A DNA stretch of 62,809 nucleotides, filler included, from Chiloscyllium plagiosum (GCF_004010195.1; 3 parts of one record of this genome joined end to end with filler, not necessarily neighbours in it), one strand, 5' to 3'. Positions 11,906 through 24,459 are shown, counted from the whole stretch's first letter. Program-made: numbers and translations. Notes: a model not told the origin generated them from the sequence alone.

Positions 11906-12755
11906 ACTCCCATACCCTTCATTTTATTATCATCCATGTGCCTATTCAGAAGTATATTAAATGTCCCTAATGCATCTAATTTTACCGCCAGCGCTGGCAG
12001 TGCATTCCACTCAGCCACCACTCTGTATGTAACGAACCAACCTCTGAAATCTCCCCTGAACCATCCACTATCGGAAAGATGTTGGGAAACTTGAAAGCGT
12101 TCAGAAAAGATTCTCAAGGATGTTGCCAGGGCTGGAGGATTTGTGCTCTAGGGAGAGGCTGAACAGCCTGGGGCTATTTTCCCTGGAGAGTCGGAGGCTA
12201 AAGTGTGACATTATAGAGGTTTACAAAATTATGAGGGGCATGGATAGGGTAAATAGACACAGTCTTTTCACTGGGGTTGGGGTGTCCAGAACTAGAGGGC
12301 ATATGTTATGGGTGAAACAATCACCCGAAAATTATACCCCCTTGTAATAGCTATTTATGTCAGGGTAAAAAATCTCTCTCTCTATTCACTCTATCTATGA
12401 TTCTCATCACCTTGTTCACCTCTGCTAAGTCACCCCTCACCCTTCTTCACTCCAATGAGAAAAGCCTGAGCTCCCATTACCTTTCTTCAGAAGACATGCT
12501 CTCCAGTACAGGCAGCATCCTGGTAAATCTCGTCTTTACCGTCTCTAAAGCTTCCACATCCTTCCTGTTATGAAGGGACCAAAACTGAACACAATATTCG
12601 AAATGGGGTCGAACTAGGGCTCTATACAACTGCAGCAGAACTTGATGGCTTTAAATCTCAATCCCCGAACTAATGAAAACCAACACAATATATTGTTTCT
12701 TAACAAGCCAATCAGCTCGAGTGGCTACTTTGAGGGATCTATGGACTTGGGAAAC
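11905..12755 (-). mobile_element. Host CR1 LINE 3' portion (tail near 11010), with a + strand duplicated LINE piece at ~12070-12317
   Basis: Continues the 11010-11080 tail; colinear with 19120-19770. Confidence 0.8.
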
Positions 12756-12803
12756 AGGAGTCATTCATTTTGAAGATTGAATTTGAATTCTGAATACAGA
12801 GTT

Positions 12804-13082
12804 TTAGATTACTTACAGTGTGGAAACAGGCCCTTCGGCCCACCAAGTCCACACCGCCCCGCCGAAGCGCAACCCACCCATGCCCCTAACCTAACACTAC
12901 GGGCAATTTAGCATGGCCAATTCACCTGACCTGCACATCTTTGTGATTGTGGGAGGTAAACCCACGCAGACAGGAGGAGAATGTGCAAACTCCACACAGT
13001 CAGTCGCCTGAGGCGGGAATTGAACCCGCGTCTCTGGCGCTGTGAGGCAGCAGTGCTAACCACTGCGCCACCGTGCCGCCCG
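12804..13082 (-). mobile_element. HE1/V-SINE-type tRNA-derived SINE (young)
   Basis: Minus strand starts GGCGGCACGGTGGCGCAGTGGTTAGCACTGCTGCCTCACAG (A-box), then GGTTCAATTCC (B-box), TGTGTGGAGTTTGCACATTCTCC core and a CR1-like tail. Confidence 0.9.
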
Positions 13083-13099
13083 CAGGAACTTTGGCAGTG

Positions 13100-16000
13100 T
13101 GTAGGAACAGAGAGGGATCTTGGTTTCCAAGTCCATAGATTCCTCAAAGTAGCCACCCAAGCTGATTGGCTTGTTAAGAAGCAATATATTGCGTGGGATT
13201 TTTTACCCTGACATAAATAGCTATTACAAGGGGGTATAATTTTCGGGTGATTGTTTCACCCATAACATATGCCCTCTAGTTCTGGACACCAATATTGTGT
13301 TCAGTTTTGGTCCCTTCATTGCAGGAAGGATGTGGAAGCTTTAGAGAGGGTAAATAAGTGATTTACCAGGGTGCTGCCTGTACTGGAGAGCATGTCTTAT
13401 GACAAAGGTTTGAGGGAGCTAAGGCTTTTCTCATTGAAGTGAATAAGGGTGAGGGGTGACTTGGCAGAGGTGAACAAGGTGATGATAGTCATAGATAGAG
13501 TGAATAGAGAGAGATATCTTTGCTCTCATATAAATAGTTATTACAAGGGGGTATAATTTTCGGGTGATTAGTGGATGGTTAAGGGGAGATTTCAGAGGTT
13601 GGTTCGTTACATACAGAGTGGTGGCTGAGTGGAATGCACTGCCAGCGCTATCGGTACAATTAGATGCATGAGGGACATTTAATATACTTCTGGATAGGCA
13701 CATGGATGATAATAAAATGAAGGGTATGGAAGTTAGAGTCATAGAGATGTACAACATGGAAACAGACACTTCAGTCCAAACTGTCCTTGCCGACCAGACA
13801 TCCCAACCCAATCTTGTCCCACCTGCCAGCAACCGCTCCATATCCCTCCAAAAGCCTACTATTCATATACCCATCCAAATACCTCGTAAATGTTGCAATT
13901 GTACCAGTCTCCACCGTATCCTCTGGCAGCTCATTCCATACACATATCACCCTCTGCATGAAAAAGTTGCCCGTTAGGTCTCTTTTATATCTTTCCCCTT
14001 TCATCCATAACCTATGCTCTCTAGTTCTGGACACCCCAACCCCAGGTAAAAGACTTTGTCTATTTACCCTATCCATGCCCCTCATAATTTTGTAAACCTC
14101 TGTAATGTCACCCCTCAGCCTCCGATTTTCCAGGTAAAACAGCTCCAGCCTGTTCGGCGTCTCCCTGTAGCTCAAATCCTCCAGCCCTGGCAACATCCTT
14201 GTAAATCTTTTCTGAACCCTTTCAAGTTTCACAACATCTTTCCGATAGGAAGGAAACCAAAATTGCACGCAATATTACAACAGTGGCCTAACCAATGTGT
14301 TGTACTGTCGCAACATGAACTCCCAACTCCTGTACTCAATACTCTGACCAATAAACGAAAGCATACCAAACACCTTCTTCATTATCCTATATACCTGCGA
14401 CTCCACTTTCAAGGTGTTATGAAACTGCACCTCAAGGTCTCTTTGATGGTAGGAGATAGAGGGTGGTGGGGGACATGCTGTTTTTCTGACTGGAGACATG
14501 TGACCAGCGGTGTAGTGTATACCTGCGACTCCACTTTCAAGGTGTTATGAAACTGCACCTCAAGGTCTCTTTGTTCAGCAACACTCCTTACGATATTACC
14601 ATTAAGTGTATAAGTCCTGTTAAGATTTGCTTTCCCAAAATGCAGCACCTCGCATTTATCTGAATTAAACTCTATCTGCCACTTTAATTCTTGATCTTAC
14701 GGTCGGATAAAAGATTGGCATATCATCATGGCCTAAGGGTCTTGTTCTGTACTGTTCTGTGTTCTACATGTCGTATGTTAAACTGGGTAATAAGCTCAGA
14801 TCAGTGTAAAATGTTATGGCATTCAGGACGAGCTAGTCAACTGGACAGAAAATAGGGCTTGATGGTAGGAGATAGAGGGTGGTGGGGGACATGCTGTTTT
14901 TCTGACTGGAGACATGTGACCAGCGGTGTAGTGGGTCCACTGTTGTTTGTCATTTGGATAAATGGTTTGGATGGGAATATTGTTAAGTAAGTTAAGTAAG
15001 GTTTTTGGGTGACACTGAAATTTGTGGTAAACTGGATCGTGATGAAGGTTATCTGTGATACAACAGGATGGACAGTACTGCTGGGATAGCGGGCTGAAGA
15101 ATAGCAGATGGAGTTTAATTAGATAAATGTGAAGTGTTCCACGTTGGTGAATCAAACCAGGGTGGACTTGTACAGTTAATGTTCGGGAACGGGAATGTTG
15201 TCAGTCTGTGACCCAGGGATGCAGGTACACACTTCTTTGAAAGTGGTGTCACAGGTAGACAGGCTGGTGAAGCAGGCATGTGGGATGGTTTCCTTCATTG
15301 GGCAGAGCTTGGAGAGTAGGAGTTGGGATGTCATGTTGTATCTGTAGAAGACATTGGTCAGGTCACCATAAAAGCGTTGTTGATCAGTGGGATGAACTCA
15401 TCTGGTTCACTGACCTCCTTTTGTGTAGACCATCTGAAATTCTAACCTGGTCTGGCTAACATGTGACTCCAGACCCATTGCAATATGGCTAACTCTGAGC
15501 TGTCCTCTGGGTAATTAGCAGTGACACCGACATCCCATGAATGAATAAATAAAAATACTTATGTCCCTCTCTATCTCTGCAAACCCCTCCAGCTGCAGCA
15601 ATCCATACTTTTTTTGTATCATCGTTCAGGCCCTGACCACTCTCTATAATACTCTTAACACGTCCGGCACCTTCATGTCTCCCTGTTCCTTTTGAGACAT
15701 TGAACCCTGACACTGATTCCCCTCCCCACTGCCCAACTCCTGCTAGCAGACCCTTTGCAATCCCTTTAACACTTACTCCTAAAACAGTCTCTCACTTCAG
15801 TATTTTAAGTCATTTGGTGATTTTCGAAGCCTCATAATCTAATATGATTCATTTTGGCCTGAGTGATGGGCGGGTGAGAATTTCTTGCTGAGGTTTTGTC
15901 TGTTTCAGTGGAATGTTCTTTTGTTGAGTGATTTACACTGTTCTTATACAGGCACATATTTCAGTTTGTTTCGCCTCTTTAACTGGTCAGTTCTCATCTC

Positions 16001-16795
16001 AAACCCATGTCATTGGCTGTTTTTGTTTCTAGTTGTAGCGTGTCCTTTCTGTGATTCACTTTAAAACTTTATATTTCTTTAAACTGCACTTTATCACAAT
16101 TTCCCTGAGGATCTCTCCAGGTGACATTACTCATTCACGAAGATTGATCACACAACGGTCACTCTGAGATAGTTATGTCCCTAGCCTGTTGCACAATTTG
16201 TTATTAAAAGAAACACTGAAAAAAATTCTCTGAACTACTCTTTCAATATCACTGTTGTCAGTGTGACTGTCCCAGATTATGGGAATATTGAGGTTTCCCA
16301 AAATTATCACAAAATGTTTGTTAAAAAATTCCAATGAGTTCCTGTTTAATGCAGTGATGAGCAATGGAATGCTGTTCGGTGGCTAAAACTGTTCTCCTCC
16401 TTGTGTCCTTGGCATGTAGTAGCCAGAATTTACATTCAGACTGACTCTACTTCATGATCTGAGGTCAAATCATTTCTCTGTACTGCCTTTGTTATCCATT
16501 TTGCCTGAGTTTGCACAAGTTTGTGATTCATTGAATATTTATGTCTACCTTTTGTTCGCCCTGTGATCACGTCTCTCTGGTGTCGAAATTTCTTTTATCT
16601 CTCTGACTCTACTTCATGATCTGAGGTCAAATCATTTCTCTGTCCTGCCTTTGTTATCCATTTTGCCTGAGTTTCCACAAGTTTGTGATTCATTGAATAT
16701 TTATGTCTACCTTTTGTTCGCCCTGTGATCACGTCTCTCTGGTGTCGAAATTTCTTTTATCTCTGTGTCATAATTCAATCTACCTTATTGAAGAG
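13100..16795 (-). repeat. Segmental duplication arm B (inverted copy of arm A)
   Basis: Contains the same nested CR1 insertion (13733-14685, minus) and the same DeuSINE fragment as arm A. Confidence 0.9.
16441..16763 (+). repeat. 162-bp tandem duplication
   Basis: ctgactctacttcatgatctgagg...tcttttatctct occurs twice (16441 and 16603), nearly identical. Confidence 0.9.
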
Positions 16796-16796
16796 A

Positions 16797-17746
16797 GTTA
16801 AAAATCACACAACACCAGGTTATAGTCCAACAGGTTTAATGTGACACTAGCTTTCGGAACGACGCTCCTTCATCAGGTGATAGTGGAGGGCTCGATCGTA
16901 ACACAGAATTTATAGCAACAGTTTACAGTGTGATGTAACTGACATTATATATTGAAAAATTGATTGTCTGTTAAGCCTTTCATCTGTTAGAATACAGTGA
17001 TAGTTTCATTTCTTTCATGTGTAAATCACAAAATATTTTTTTAAAGTTGCATTCTCAGGTTAGCTGTTAACAATGGTAATAGCTAGACAATATGTTGAAG
17101 GTGTTAGCCCCTTTTGTTCTCTGTCTATGCCCTGATGTTTAGATTGGTTCTAGTCTAAAAAGTAAGATAACAGAGTTTTACATAAATTCATGCTCTTTTT
17201 GATCTCAGAATTCCACATGAATGCATGCAGTTTATGAGCAAAGTACAATGTAACTCTGCAAGTATATGTGTGTCTGTGGGTCTTTGTCTGTCTGTGTGTG
17301 TCTGTCTGGGGTGGGGGTTGTGAGTGTAAGAAAGTGTGTGTGTAGTGAGTGCAGAGTGTCTTAAGTCTGTGAGGGGGTGCATGTGTGAGTGTGGAAGTTT
17401 GTGTGTCTATAAGGGTGTGTGTGGGTTCTGTGTGCGCGTCTGTGTGTACCTGCGTCCGTGTGCATGTGAGAGTGTGTGTGTGGAGGAATATCTGTGTGTG
17501 TATAGTGCAATGGTGATCACCTGTAATGTGACATGAACCCAAGGTCCCGGTTGAGGCCCTCCCTATGGGTACCGAACTTAGCTATCAGCCTCTGCTCAGC
17601 CACTTTTTTCTCTGCTGCCTGTCCCGAAGTCCACCTTGGAGGATGACCACCCTGGACCACTGAAGTGTTCCCCAACTGGACATTCACCCTCGGACCTTCG
17701 GGTGACTAACCTCCAAGGTGGACTTCGGGACAGGCAGCAGAGAAAA
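16797..17746 (-). mobile_element. Penelope-like element 3' part: pLTR, CA-rich tract, GIY-YIG C-terminus, with fold-back at the gap edge
   Basis: Minus strand reads ILQGGLRDRQQR..VAEQRLIAKFGTHREGLNRDLGFMSHYR; the terminal repeat carries a hammerhead motif. Confidence 0.85.
16845..16879 (-). ncRNA. Minimal type I hammerhead ribozyme motif (PLE)
   Basis: CAC-CUGAUGA-A-GGAGC(GUC)GUUCC-GAAAGCUA-GUG: intact core, stem II with one G-U pair, palindromic AGCU, 3-bp stem I. Confidence 0.75.
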
Positions 17747-17846
17747 NNNNNNNNNNNNNNNNNNNNNNNNNNNNNNNNNNNNNNNNNNNNTTAATTAATT
17801 AANNNNNNNNNNNNNNNNNNNNNNNNNNNNNNNNNNNNNNNNNNNN
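17747..17846. other. Assembly gap with artificial spacer
   Basis: 44 N + TTAATTAATTAA + 44 N = 100 nt. Confidence 0.95.
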
Positions 17847-19770
17847 TGAGAGGAGAACTGACCAAGGGTTAACAGGATGAACAGACTGAAATGTGTGTCT
17901 GTAAACGAACAGTTGAAAACACTTGAAGAACTGTGTAAAACACTCAACAAAAGGACATTCCATTGAAACAGTCAAAACCTCAGCAAGAAATTCCCACCTG
18001 TCTCTCATTCAGGACAAAATGGACCATATTAGATTATCAGGCTTAGAAGATCTCCAAAAAGTCCGATCAATTCTAAAGCGAGAGAGTGTTTATGCAGTTA
18101 GTGCTAGAGAGATTGCGAACTGTCTGCTAGCAGGAGGAGGGCAGTGGGAAAGAGAATCACTGACAGGGTTTAATGTCACAATAGGAACAGAAAGTGCTGG
18201 AGGTGGTGAGAGTGTTACACAGAGTTGTCAGAGCCTGAATGCTGTTACAAAGCTAATATGGATTGCTGCAGCTGGAGAGGTTTGCAGAGGTAGGGAGGGA
18301 CATATGCATTTTTATTTATTCATTCATAGGATGTGGTTGTCTCTAAATGGACCAGCATTCTTTGCTGCCACTCCTAATTACGAAGAGGGCAGCTCAGAGT
18401 CAGCCATACTGCTGTGCATTGGAGTCACATGTTAGCCAGACCAGGTTAGAATGTCAGATGTCCTTCCCTTAAGAACGTAAGTGAACCAGATGAGTTTTTC
18501 CTACTGATCAACAATGCTTTTATGGTGACCTCACCAATGTCCACCACAACATGACATCCCAACTCCCAATCTCAATTCTCAAACCAATGAAGATAAGCAT
18601 TAGAAACGCCTGCTTCACCAGCCTGTCTACCTGTGACACCACTTTCAAAGAACTGTGTACCTGCATCCCTCGGTCACTGACTGACAACACGACCCAGGGC
18701 ACGAACATTAACTGTACAAGTCCCACCCTGGTTTGTTTCACCAAAATGGAACATTTCACATTTATTTAATTAGACTCCATCTGCTATTCTTCAGCCCACT
18801 ATCCCAGCAGTACTGTTCATCCTGTTGTATCATAGATAATCTTCTTAACTGTCCACTTTCCCGCCAATTTCAGTAGCATCCAAAAAACTTACTTACCAGG
18901 AAACCAATACCCCCGTCCAAACCATTTATACAAATGTCAAACAACAGGGGACCCACTACACTGCTGGTCACATGCCTCCAGTCAGAAAAACAAAATGTCT
19001 CCCATCACCCTCTGTCTCCGAGCAGCAAGCCAATTGTGTACCCAGTTGAATAGCTCCTCCTGAATGCCATATCATTTTACATTGATCTGAGCTTATTACC
19101 CAGTTTACCATACAGAACGTAGAACACAGAATAGTACAGCACAAGACCCTTTGGCCATGATGTCACGCCAATCTTTTATTTGACTGTATGATCAAACTAA
19201 CCTATGTACCCTTCATTTTACTATCACCCATGTGCCTAGAAGTATAAAAAACGTTCCAAATGCATCTAATTTTAATGCCACCGCTGGCAGTGTATTCCAC
19301 TCGCCCACCACTCTATATGTAACGAAACTATCTCCGAAATCTCCCCTTAACCACCCCCTTGTAATAGTTATTTATATCAGGGCAAGAAATCTCGCTCACT
19401 ATTCACTGTCTGTGCGTCTCATCATCTTGTTCACCTCTACCAAGTCGCCCCTTACCCTTCTTCACTCCATTGAGAATAGCCTTACGTCCCTCAACCTTTC
19501 TTCATAAGACATGCTCTCCAGTACAGGCAGCATCCTGGTAAATCTCCTCTTTTCCCTCTCTAAAGCTTCCACATCCATCCTGTAATGGGGGGACCAGAAC
19601 TGAACACAATATTCCAAGTGTCGTCTAACCAGGGTTCTATAGAGCTGCAGCATAACCTCACAGCTTTAAAACCCAATCCCTTAGCAAGTGAAAACCAACA
19701 CAACATATTCTTTCATAACAAACCTATAAGCTTGGTGGCAACTTTGAGGGATCGATGTCCATGGAACACA
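17847..19770 (+). repeat. Segmental duplication copy C (more diverged paralog of arm A)
   Basis: 17847 tgagaggagaactgaccaagg matches 9737; colinear, but lacks the 11085-11905 and 12070-12317 insertions. Confidence 0.85.
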
Positions 19771-21345
19771 AGACCCGATGTTCCACAACACTACCAAGTA
19801 TTCTGCCTTTACCCCTGTATTCTGCATTCAAGTTAGATCTTCCAAAATGAATCATTTCACACTTTTCCAGATTGAACTCCATCTGCCACTTCTCAGCCCA
19901 GCTCCGCATCCTGTCAATATCCTGATGTAACCTACAACAGCCCTCCACACTATCCACCAGTCCTCCAACCTCCATGTCATTGGCAAAATTACTAACCCAT
20001 ACTTTCACAATCACATCCAAGTAATTTATTTAAAAAATCACAAAGAGCAGAGGTCCTGGAACCGATCCCTGCAGAACACTACTGGTTACCGAGCTCCAGG
20101 CTGAATGCTTCCCATCTATCATCACCCTCTGTCTTCTATGAGAAATTCTTTATCCAGACAGACAGGTTTCCTGTATCCCATGCCTCTGTACTTTCTGAAT
20201 GAGCCATAAAGGTGTTTTATCACATTCTCAAATGATTCAATAAGATTTGTGAGGTACGACCTGTCCCTACAGAGCCATGCTGACTATCTTTAACCAAACT
20301 ATGGTTTTCCAAGGAATCATAAGTCCTGTCTCTCAGAGTTCTCTCCAATAATTTGCATACCACAGACATAAGAAAGTGAGGTTTGTAATTCCCAGGTTTA
20401 TCCCTATTGCATTTCTTGAACAAGGGAGTAATATTTTCCTGCCTCCAACCATCTGGTAACTCCAGTGGACAGTGAGGGTACAAAGGTCATCGTCAAAGGC
20501 GCAACAATCCCTTCCCTCGCTTCCTGTAGTACCTTTGGGTTCATCTCGTCTAGGTCAACACACTTATCCATCCTTATGTTTTACACAATACTCAGCACAT
20601 CCTCCTTCTTAACATCAACCTGTTCATATATATCAGTCCTTTTCATGCTGTCCTCACAAATAACAAGGCCCCTCTCAGTAGTGAATACTGAAGCACAGTA
20701 TGCATTAAGAACCTCCCCTATCTCCTGTGACTCCAGGCACATGTTCGCTCTACTATCCTTGACTGGCCCTACCCTCACTCTGAACATCCTCTTGTTCCTC
20801 AAATAAGTGGAGCATGCCTTAAGGTTTTCCTTAATCCTTCCCAACAAAGCTTCTCCATATCCCCTTCGAGCTGTCCGAAATCCATTCTTCAGTTCCTTCC
20901 TGACTACCATCAGAGAGTCTCCAGAGTGTGGAAACAGACCATTTGGCTCAACAACTCCATAAGGACCGTCTGAACAGCATTCCACCCTGAACCATTCCCC
21001 CACCCTATTACTCTCTATTTACCCTGACTAATGTGTCAATCCTACACATCCCTGAACACTAAGGGTAATTTAGCATGGCTGATTCACCTATTCTGCACAT
21101 CTTTGGACGGTGGGTGGAAACTGGAGCATCTGGAGGATCCCCATGAAGACACGGGGAGAACGTGTAAACTCCACACAGACAGTCGCCCTGGACTGGAATC
21201 GAAATCGGGTTCCTGGTGCTATAAGGCAGCCGTGCTAAATACTGAGCCACCGTGCTGCACCCATATAAACCTATAGAGGTCTAAAGATCCTAACATCCTC
21301 AACCTTAAGTAAGCTTCCTTCTTCCTCTTGACTAGGCGTTCTGCA
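19120..21345 (-). mobile_element. CR1 LINE (RT to 3' tail), interrupted by a SINE
   Basis: Minus ORFs: SNFANDMEVGGLVDS..WQMEFNLEKC; PLFKKCNRDKPGNYKP; RIKENLKACSTYLRNKR. Confidence 0.85.
20915..21260 (-). mobile_element. HE1/V-SINE-type SINE
   Basis: agtgtggaaacagacc...actccacacagacagtcgcc...gccaccgtgctgc; same layout as 12804-13082. Confidence 0.85.
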
Positions 21346-23860
21346 TCCCTTGGAATCTTGTCAAATGCTTTGCTGAAGTCATGTAGACAATGTTGACTGT
21401 TCTGCATTCATCCATCGCTTGGTCACTTCCTCAAAGAAACACAGTTTTCCACTCACAAAGCCATGCTGACCACCTGCAATCTGTCCTTGCCTTTCCAAAT
21501 ATACGTAGCTCCTTTCTCACACAATCTCCCCCAACAACGTACCCATCACTGGGCTGTAGCTTCCTGCACATTCCCTGCAATCCTTAAGTGACAGAACAGC
21601 ATTATCCTCCCCCCAGTCTATCGGCACCTCACTGCGTCTGTTGATAATATAAATATCTCTGTTTGGGACACTGCAACCTCTTCCCTAGCTCCACACAATA
21701 TTCTAGGTTAGACCTAGGTTAGACCTAATGAGCTACTGAAGATTGATCTACCTTTATTTGTTTTAAGATTCCAGCGCTTTCTCTTCTCTGTTGAGGATTC
21801 TTTCCAAGACATCACCATTTATTCCCCCAAGTACCCGAGCTTCCATGTCTTTCTACATAGTAAATTCTGACAAGATTATTTTGTTTGATATTTCACCCAT
21901 CTCCTCTGGTTCCACACATAGGCGTCCTCATTGATATTTAAGGAACCCTATTCTCTACAAGTTGTTCCTTTACCCTTATTAAAACTTGCATAAAGGCTTC
22001 TGAAAATTCAAATAAACCATATGCCCCGTACCACCACCTCCTCCTACACCCTTATCTATTCTGCCATTTATATTTACACCAACAAATAAAATACAACAGG
22101 CTCAAAAATAAATTCTCTTGCATAAGATGCGTTTCTAAACATCCAGTTATTGTATATTGACATATTTCAGCATGCTCCCGACTTACTGTCAGGCTAACAC
22201 CGTTTGGTTTGAGACTGTCAGCAGAAAGGGTTGTGGGATTTCTTGTATATCAATCTGAAAACGTTAGCTTAAGTGTCAGCAGGTAATAGAGAAGGAAAAT
22301 CAAATGCTGGCATTTATTATAAAGAGAATGGAGTCTAAAAATAGGGAGGTCTTGCTAAGAGTATACAAGATACGAGTCAGATCACACCCAGAATACTATG
22401 AACAGTGTGAGTGCCCGAAGGAAAGACATTCTTCTATTGGAGGCAGGTCAGAGAAGGGTCATTCAGTTGATCCTGGGAATGGATGAATTTTCTAATAAGA
22501 GTTGGGGTAGATTGAGGTTGAACGCATTGATGTTTAGAAAAAAAAAGAGATAGAAATCGAATGTAACATCAACGATTCGGAAGGGCTTTGATCAGGTAGA
22601 TGCTGGGAAGTTAGAAATTAGAACAGTACAGCACAGCAATAGGCCCTTCGGCCCACCATGGTTGTGCTGTCTATGATGCTATTCTCAACTCATCCCATCT
22701 GCACATGGTCCATATCCCTCTATTGTCTGCCTGTTCATGTTTCTGTCTAAATTCCACTTCATTACTTTACTCACATTTTTGTTTCTACGATCTCCCTGGG
22801 TAACATGCACACTCTATGTAAAAAAATACTTGCCTCGCACATCTTGTTTAAACTTTCTCTGTCTCACCTTAAACCTATACGCTCTAGTATTTGAAACTTA
22901 TACATTGGAAAAGAGATTCCGACAACCCACATTTTCTGTCCCTGTACTAATGTTATATTCCTGTACCTGGCCGCCTGTCAGCCTCTGATACTCTCGCAAA
23001 ACAATCCAAATTTGTTTAATTTCCTCTTACACATAACACACCCTTTAAAACCCAGCACAGGCAACGTGCTAATAAACTCCTTTTGCACCCTTTTCAAAGC
23101 CTCCACATTCGTCCTATTGTGTGGAGATGAGAACTGCACACAGTATTCTAAATGTAGACAAATAAAAGTTTTATACAATTACAACATCAGATGCCAAGCA
23201 CAATAACCAATGTTGTGACCGATGAAGACCAGAGTTCCATTTGCTTTCTTTCTCATCTGAAACACTTCTGTTGCCATTTTCAGGAAGTCACTGACTTGCA
23301 CCAAGATCCTTCTGTATATCAATGTCCCTCAGTATCCTAACTTTCTTCTTGAATTTGACATCCTAAACTCCATCATCTGACACGTGTTCAAATTAAACTC
23401 AATTTGCCACATCATCGAACATCTTTGCAACTGATTAGTAAATTCCTGCAACCGTGGATATCCTTGCTTATGAACCCCAACTCCACCAATTTTCATGTCT
23501 TCTACAATAATTATCTTTGTCACTTCCTTCCTTTTCAATTGTGTGAGAATCTGGAACCGGAGGGCAGAAAATCCCTGCAATGGCTCACACGTTTAAGATG
23601 GAGAGGAGGAGGAATGTCTTCACTCAGAGGGTAGGGACTCTGTGGGAACTCCTGACTGCAAGGGGCTGTCGAGTCTGGGTCTTTAAGAAGATTTACAGCA
23701 GAGATGGTCAGATTTTAATGAATCAGGGAAACAAGCGTTTTGTGGAAAAGGCAGGAAAGTAGAGTTGAAGAGTATCAGGTCAGCCATGATCTGATTGAAG
23801 GGCAGAGCATCCTCAATGGGCCAAATGGCCTCAATCTACTCCTACATCTCATGGGCTGAA
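21345..23860. mobile_element. Mosaic of old CR1 fragments (21345-21980 minus, 22215-22615 plus, 22615-23480 minus, 23540-23860 plus)
   Basis: DFSKAFDK, LEYCVQFSSP, MLAFIIKRMESKNREVLLRVYK and 3' UTR motifs; 21350-22130 is paralogous to 29285-30000. Confidence 0.7.
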
Positions 23861-24459
23861 CTCAAACTCGGTATTGACATGAAAACATTATGAGTCTCCG
23901 CGCACAAAACCTCTTGAAATTGGGATTATTAGATATTTAATATTACACAGGATTTCATTGACAATAGACAATTCTGTTGACGGCTCCTTGATATAATGTT
24001 ATAAAAAACCATCTCGTATATAATCCAGGAATCCATCCATTCCAGCCCTGATACTCATTTCTTACCTAGTCGGGATGGAGACTACTGTCACACACAGTTA
24101 TTGTCCTGCCCTTGCTACAAGTATATTCAGTGTCCTGACTGTAATCATAATGACATTATCATCACTGTCTGGTGCCTACAAATGAATTCCTGCCAACGGT
24201 TGCTGCTGCTTGCTTATTCTCAGCTCCACCCAAATAGCCTCCAAAGTTTGGACTTCAGTTCCACATGTCTGTCTCATTAATTCACTAACCTCATCCTTTC
24301 CTCACAACTTGTTGTCTGCCTCGATCCCAACAAACCTTCAATATTCCCTTCCCAGCGATGTTCATTCACAGCTACATCTCCGGAATGACAGTTCCATCAC
24401 TTCTGTTCACTGTCATTCCATCTGCTTTTTGGCGAATGAAGGGAGTTATTCCTCAGTAG

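Larger units (their letters stand above)
9100..12755 (+). repeat. Segmental duplication arm A of fold-back palindrome
   Basis: Colinear reverse-complement match to 13100-16795, e.g. 9108 caataaggtagattga vs 16775 tcaatctaccttattg. Confidence 0.9.

Noticed and set aside
17150..17542. His/Thr- or Cys/Val-rich ORFs (also 48509-48733 and 58793-59298)
   Set aside because: Translations of CA/TG-rich repeats.
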